Assembly (NCBI GenBank): GCA_020854145.1
Contig: JADZFZ010001081.1
Location: 1 to 62,104, forward strand
Source: Deltaproteobacteria bacterium
GTDB taxonomy: Bacteria > Myxococcota_A > Polyangia > Polyangiales > JADZFZ01
DNA: 62,104 nucleotides
Reading direction: 5' to 3'
A program made the translations under genes and the position numbers. Below are positions 58,268-62,104 of this stretch, piece after piece. Numbering within the stretch: position 1 is the first letter of the stretch; the number at the start of each line of letters is the position of its first letter. The notes under the pieces are model-generated. The model had not been told where the DNA came from. It ran no database searches and saw only the letters and a list, made by a program, of their open reading frames with translations.

Positions 58268-59998
58268 ATGTACCTCCGCAACGTCAAGGTCAGGAACTTC
58301 CGGAGCTTCTGGAGCGAATCGGCCAAACCGGCCGTCGACATCGAGCTCGCGCGAGGCGTCAATTACATTGCGGGTCCCAACAACGTCGGGAAGTCGAACC
58401 TGCTCCGTGCGCTCGCAATGGCATTGGATCCTCGCGCTTACCCGTACGACGCCAATCTCGATCGCCCGATGGGCTGGCGCGCCGATACCCAGTCGACCGT
58501 GGTGCTCGAGTTCCGCACGCAGCCCGATACCAGAGGTCCGATCGGGACGCTGCTGAAGTACGTGGCCGCCTACGAGGAGACCGTGTCCGGCTTCAAGGCG
58601 CCGTCGGCCGCCTCACAGGGGAGGATCACGTTCTACGTCGAGCACGTGAAGGACACGCGCAAGGAGCTGTTCCTCGCGAACGGTGCCGGCGCAATCAAAG
58701 GCGACGCCCGGGCACTCGAGAAGGCACTCGCGCAGTTCCGTCGCGTCGTTCGATTCGTGGACATTCGCAGCGGCGAAGACCTCCGCAGCCTGCTGCAGCG
58801 CGGCTTCAAGGAGATCCTGGGCAGTGTCATCGGCGAGGAGCACGGCCCGGCGATGGTCGAGGCGGGTAAGTGTCGCGACGCGTACGTGACGGCGCTCGGT
58901 CATGTGCTGCGTCCCGTCGCGCGCCACGTGCAGGAGCGAATCGCCAAGTACGTCCGAGACGTTCAGGACGTCGATCTCCGGCCGGACGTGCCGAGCGTCG
59001 AGGACGCGATTGCAGGCGCGCGCGTCCACGTGCAAGACGCCGTGTGGACCGCCCTCGATCAGAAAGGCACGGGAGTTCGCGGAGCCACGTTGCTGATGCT
59101 GCTGTCCTTCATCGCGGAGAGCTCGCGGAAGGCCGTCGTCTTCGCCATCGAGGAGCCCGAGTCTTTCCTCCACCCGGAAGCCCACCGCGAGCTCGGCCAC
59201 GGGCTCGAGGAATTCACCAAGCGCACCGACGTCAGCCTGGTCGTCACCACGCATTCTCCGTTCCTGTTCCGCGCCGACGGGCGCGGCCGGAACAAGCTCT
59301 TCACGGTCCGAAAGGTGACCGAGGGTCGCTCCAGCGTCGGCGAAGAGCGACCGGAGGTCGCTCGCACGGAGCTCCTCGGCTCGCAGGTCTTCGCCAGATT
59401 CCTCCAGCGGGCCGACGAGCTCTCGGGCAAGGCCCGTCTCGTCCTCGTGGTCGAGGGGCACACCGACCGCCAATACCTGCAGCTCGCCGCCGAGAAGACC
59501 GGACTGAGCTTGGCGGGAATCGACATCCTCCCCTGCGAGGGCGCGATGGATGCCGCGTTCCAGGCCGTGACGTTGCGCGGACTGATTGATCCCTCGACAT
59601 CCGTCTCGGCACTCTTCGACGGCGACGAGAACGGCGACAAGTCCGCGAGGCTCCTGACGAGCAAAGGCTGGCAGAACAAGTCGCAGGTGCTGTGTTACCG
59701 GCAGTGGGTCGATCCCCACAACCAGCCGGTCGAAGCCGAGGACATGTTCCCCACTGCCGTGCTCGAGCGCTTCCTGGCCGAAGTCGGCGAGTCGGGCCAC
59801 CTGAGCGGCAAGAACCAAAGAGGCAAGACGACCGAGTGGCACGTCGAGCTGACGGCACTCGGAAAGGACGCGTTCCTCGCGTGGCTCGGCCGAAACGCGG
59901 ACGCGGACGCATTCACGCGCTGGAGCGCACTCATCGGCAAGCTGCGAGAGCTCGCTGCCCGTGCGGGGGAGGCGGGATCGCAGCGAACAGGCGACTGA
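58268..59998 (+). CDS. OLD-family ATP-dependent nuclease (ABC ATPase plus TOPRIM)
   Basis: GPNNVGKSNLL, QKGTG, IEEPESFLHP, TTHSP, VEGHTD, LFDGD. Confidence 0.88.
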   Translation: MYLRNVKVRNFRSFWSESAKPAVDIELARGVNYIAGPNNVGKSNLLRALAMALDPRAYPYDANLDRPMGWRADTQSTVVLEFRTQPDTRGPIGTLLKYVAAYEETVSGFKAPSAASQGRITFYVEHVKDTRKELFLANGAGAIKGDARALEKALAQFRRVVRFVDIRSGEDLRSLLQRGFKEILGSVIGEEHGPAMVEAGKCRDAYVTALGHVLRPVARHVQERIAKYVRDVQDVDLRPDVPSVEDAIAGARVHVQDAVWTALDQKGTGVRGATLLMLLSFIAESSRKAVVFAIEEPESFLHPEAHRELGHGLEEFTKRTDVSLVVTTHSPFLFRADGRGRNKLFTVRKVTEGRSSVGEERPEVARTELLGSQVFARFLQRADELSGKARLVLVVEGHTDRQYLQLAAEKTGLSLAGIDILPCEGAMDAAFQAVTLRGLIDPSTSVSALFDGDENGDKSARLLTSKGWQNKSQVLCYRQWVDPHNQPVEAEDMFPTAVLERFLAEVGESGHLSGKNQRGKTTEWHVELTALGKDAFLAWLGRNADADAFTRWSALIGKLRELAARAGEAGSQRTGD

Positions 59999-60063
59999 CC
60001 CGACCACAGCTGCTGGCGACCGCGACGTTGTCAGATGGCGGCTCGCTCGTACGTCGTGAGGGT

Positions 60064-61047
60064 ATGCCTATCTCCTCGATCACCCCCATGAGCGTTACCG
60101 GCGTCCAACACCTCGTCGAGCGGGCCTACCGCGAAAGCGGCGAGCTCCAGTACCTCCGCGAGCTCGTCGTCAACGCCATGGAAGCCGGCGCCACGCACAT
60201 CGAGATCGGCCCCGAGTGGTCCGCCGTCGAGCGCGAGGGCGTCTATCGCCTCATGGTCGCCGACGACGGCAAGGGCATGGGGCGCGAAGAGCTGCTCAAG
60301 TTCCTCAACACGTTCGGGGGTGGAGGCAAGCCCATCGGCGACGCGCACGAGAACTTCGGCGTCGGGGCGAAGACCTCGCTACTCCCCTGGAACCATCACG
60401 GCGTGGTCGTCATCTCGTGGACGCCCGAACACCCCGACGGCGCCATGGTCGTGCTCCGGCGCGACGCCGCCACCGGCGAGTACGGCGCGCACAAGTTCGA
60501 GACGGCCGAGGGCGAGGTCGACGAAGTAGTCGTGCCCGGGGAGGAGTGGGCCGCCACACGGCCCGAGTGGATCCGCGAACACGGCACCGTCGTCGTCTGC
60601 CTCGGCAACACCGGACGCGAGGACACCTTCGTCGGAAAGGCCGGCGATGGGGACATCAAGGGCATTTCGGCCTACCTCAACAAACGTCTCTGGACGATCC
60701 CGGAAGGCGTCGAGATCTACGTCCAGGAGCTTCGCACCGAAAAGCGCACCGAATGGGCGCGGAGCTTCGCCGAGGCGAGCGGATCGGGCGAGCGACGCTG
60801 GAATCGCCGTCAGATTCGCGGAGCTGCCCACTTCGTGGCGTCCGTGCAGAGTGACAAAGGCAAGCTCGACGCCCACCACACGATGGTGCTCGAGGACGGC
60901 ACCGAGCTCGACTGGTACCTGTGGAAGGGCGAGCGTCCGAACGTGCACTCCTACGCGCACAAAAACGGCTTCATCGCCGCGCTCTACAAGAACGAGCTCT
61001 ACGACACGTACAGTCACGCCGCCCGCTACCGGAGCTTCGGCATCACC
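60064..61047 (+). pseudogene. GHKL (MORC/Hsp90-like) ATPase gene truncated by IS21 insertion
   Basis: LRELVVNAMEA, DDGKGM, NFGVGAK; frame runs into the IS end at 61048 and stops at 61200 inside the IS. Confidence 0.8.
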
Positions 61048-61120
61048 TGCGTATTTCGCGCGATGTGGACGCTCATCTCGCCGTCATGTGGACACGCGTT
61101 TCGCCGTCACGTGGACACCG
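61048..61120. repeat. IS21 terminal region with internal repeats
   Basis: TGCGT ATTTCGCGCGATGTGGACGCTC / ATCTCGCCGTCATGTGGACACGC / GTTTCGCCGTCACGTGGACACCG. Confidence 0.85.
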
Positions 61121-61310
61121 AGCGCGTAGTGCTTGACCGGAGCGAAGCGACGTCTGTCTTCGCAGCCTTCTTCAGTGGATTGTCCGGTTCTCCTTCTTGA
61201 TCCGTTATGGCGGCTGGATCGATCGTCGGGGCGGGCCATGCCGCTGCGAAGCGCTCCCGATCGTCACCAGCTCGTCCCTCCCGGCCACCGCCATGGCGGC
61301 AAGGGAGGCA

Positions 61311-62048
61311 TCAGTCTTTGTCCTTGGGCTTGCGCTTCGAGGCCCCTTGGAGGGCGATCTTGTAAGCGTTGTGGACCAGGCGGTCCAGGATCGCATCGGC
61401 GACCGTCGGCTCTCCGATCCAGTCGTGCCATTTGGCGATGGGCATCTGGCTCGTGACGATGGTGGAGACTCGGCCGTAGCGGTCCTCGAGCACCTCGAGC
61501 AGATCGTGGCGCTGCCGTTCGCCGAGCGTGCCGAGCCCGAGGTCGTCGAGGATCAGCAGATCAGCTCTGGCGCATTGTCCGAGACGCCTGGCATAGGTGC
61601 CGTCGGCGCGGCCGAGCCCGAGCTCGTCGAGCAGCCGCGGCATTCGGCGGTAGAGCACGCGTCGGCCCTTCCTGCACGCGACCTGCCCGAGGGCGCAGGC
61701 AATGTGACTCTTGCCGACACCGGTCGGCCCGGTGATCAGGACGTTGAGGTGCTCGGTGATCCATCCGCACGTGCCGAGCTGGCGCATGAGCGCGCGATCG
61801 ACGCCGCGACCCCCCGACGTCTCGACGTCCTCGGGACATGCGGAGGGGATCCGCAGCTCGGCGTCTTTGAGCAATCGGGCAATCTTCCGATTCTCGCGAG
61901 AGCCGTGCTCGGCCTCGACCAGCAATGCGAATCGCTCGTCGAAGCCGAGCGCGGAGATCGCGGCCTCCTTCTGTTGCGCGCGCCACGCGTCGGCCATCGC
62001 GGTCAGCCGCAGCGCCTGGAGCTTCTCGATCGTCGGTTCGTTCAACAC
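61311..62048 (-). CDS. istB: IS21 helper AAA+ ATPase IstB
   Basis: GFDERFALLVEAE, NVLITGPTGVGKS, LLILDDLG, IVTSQ, ADAILDRLVHNA. Confidence 0.95.
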   Translation of the reverse strand: MLNEPTIEKLQALRLTAMADAWRAQQKEAAISALGFDERFALLVEAEHGSRENRKIARLLKDAELRIPSACPEDVETSGGRGVDRALMRQLGTCGWITEHLNVLITGPTGVGKSHIACALGQVACRKGRRVLYRRMPRLLDELGLGRADGTYARRLGQCARADLLILDDLGLGTLGERQRHDLLEVLEDRYGRVSTIVTSQMPIAKWHDWIGEPTVADAILDRLVHNAYKIALQGASKRKPKDKD

Positions 62049-62060
62049 GGTTCCTCCTCG

Positions 62061-62104
62061 TCAGTGGTAGTAGTCGGGGCCGCGCACGTTCTCGTGCTGG
62101 ATCG
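62061..62104 (-). CDS. istA: IS21 transposase IstA, C-terminal fragment
   Basis: ...IQHENVRGPDYYH* typical IstA terminus 12 nt upstream of istB. Confidence 0.8.
   Translation of the reverse strand, partial: IQHENVRGPDYYH

Larger units (their letters stand above)
61048..62104 (-). mobile_element. IS21-family insertion sequence (right part; extends beyond window)
   Basis: istA 3' end, istB, and a TG-terminated end carrying three ~22-23 bp repeats. Confidence 0.92.

Noticed and set aside
37229-59998. Calling UvrD plus OLD a Gabija system
   Set aside because: The genes are ~19 kb apart, and the UvrD is embedded in a different coupled operon

Overview
GC-rich window, probably from a myxobacterium (inferred from composition and gene content). 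It shows the left junction and about 62 kb of a genomic island integrated at a tRNA-Phe(GAA); the right junction is not in the window. In order: (1) tRNA, integrase and excisionase, plus two more tyrosine-recombinase-like genes with degenerate active sites; (2) an orphan T6SS spike/toxin cassette (VgrG, putative adaptor, PAAR-Rhs with an HH..H..H nuclease-like tip, immunity candidates); (3) a HEPN-motif protein and an McrBC-like type IV restriction pair; (4) a five-gene operon with two dynamin-like GTPases ending in a HEPN-like/TM/FGE protein; (5) a ~29 kb co-directional defence block: DUF1998 helicase-nuclease, RelE-UvrD, SNF2, N6-MTase, STAND NTPase, DUF6361-like plus PLD pair, dead MTase-TRD-HEPN-like, FHA-dead GGDEF-HEPN-like, OLD nuclease, and a GHKL ATPase cut by (6) an IS21 running off the right edge. 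The most striking pattern is one HEPN-like R-x4/5-H module fused to four unrelated sensor-type domains. All domain calls come from motif recognition by eye; no database searches were run.
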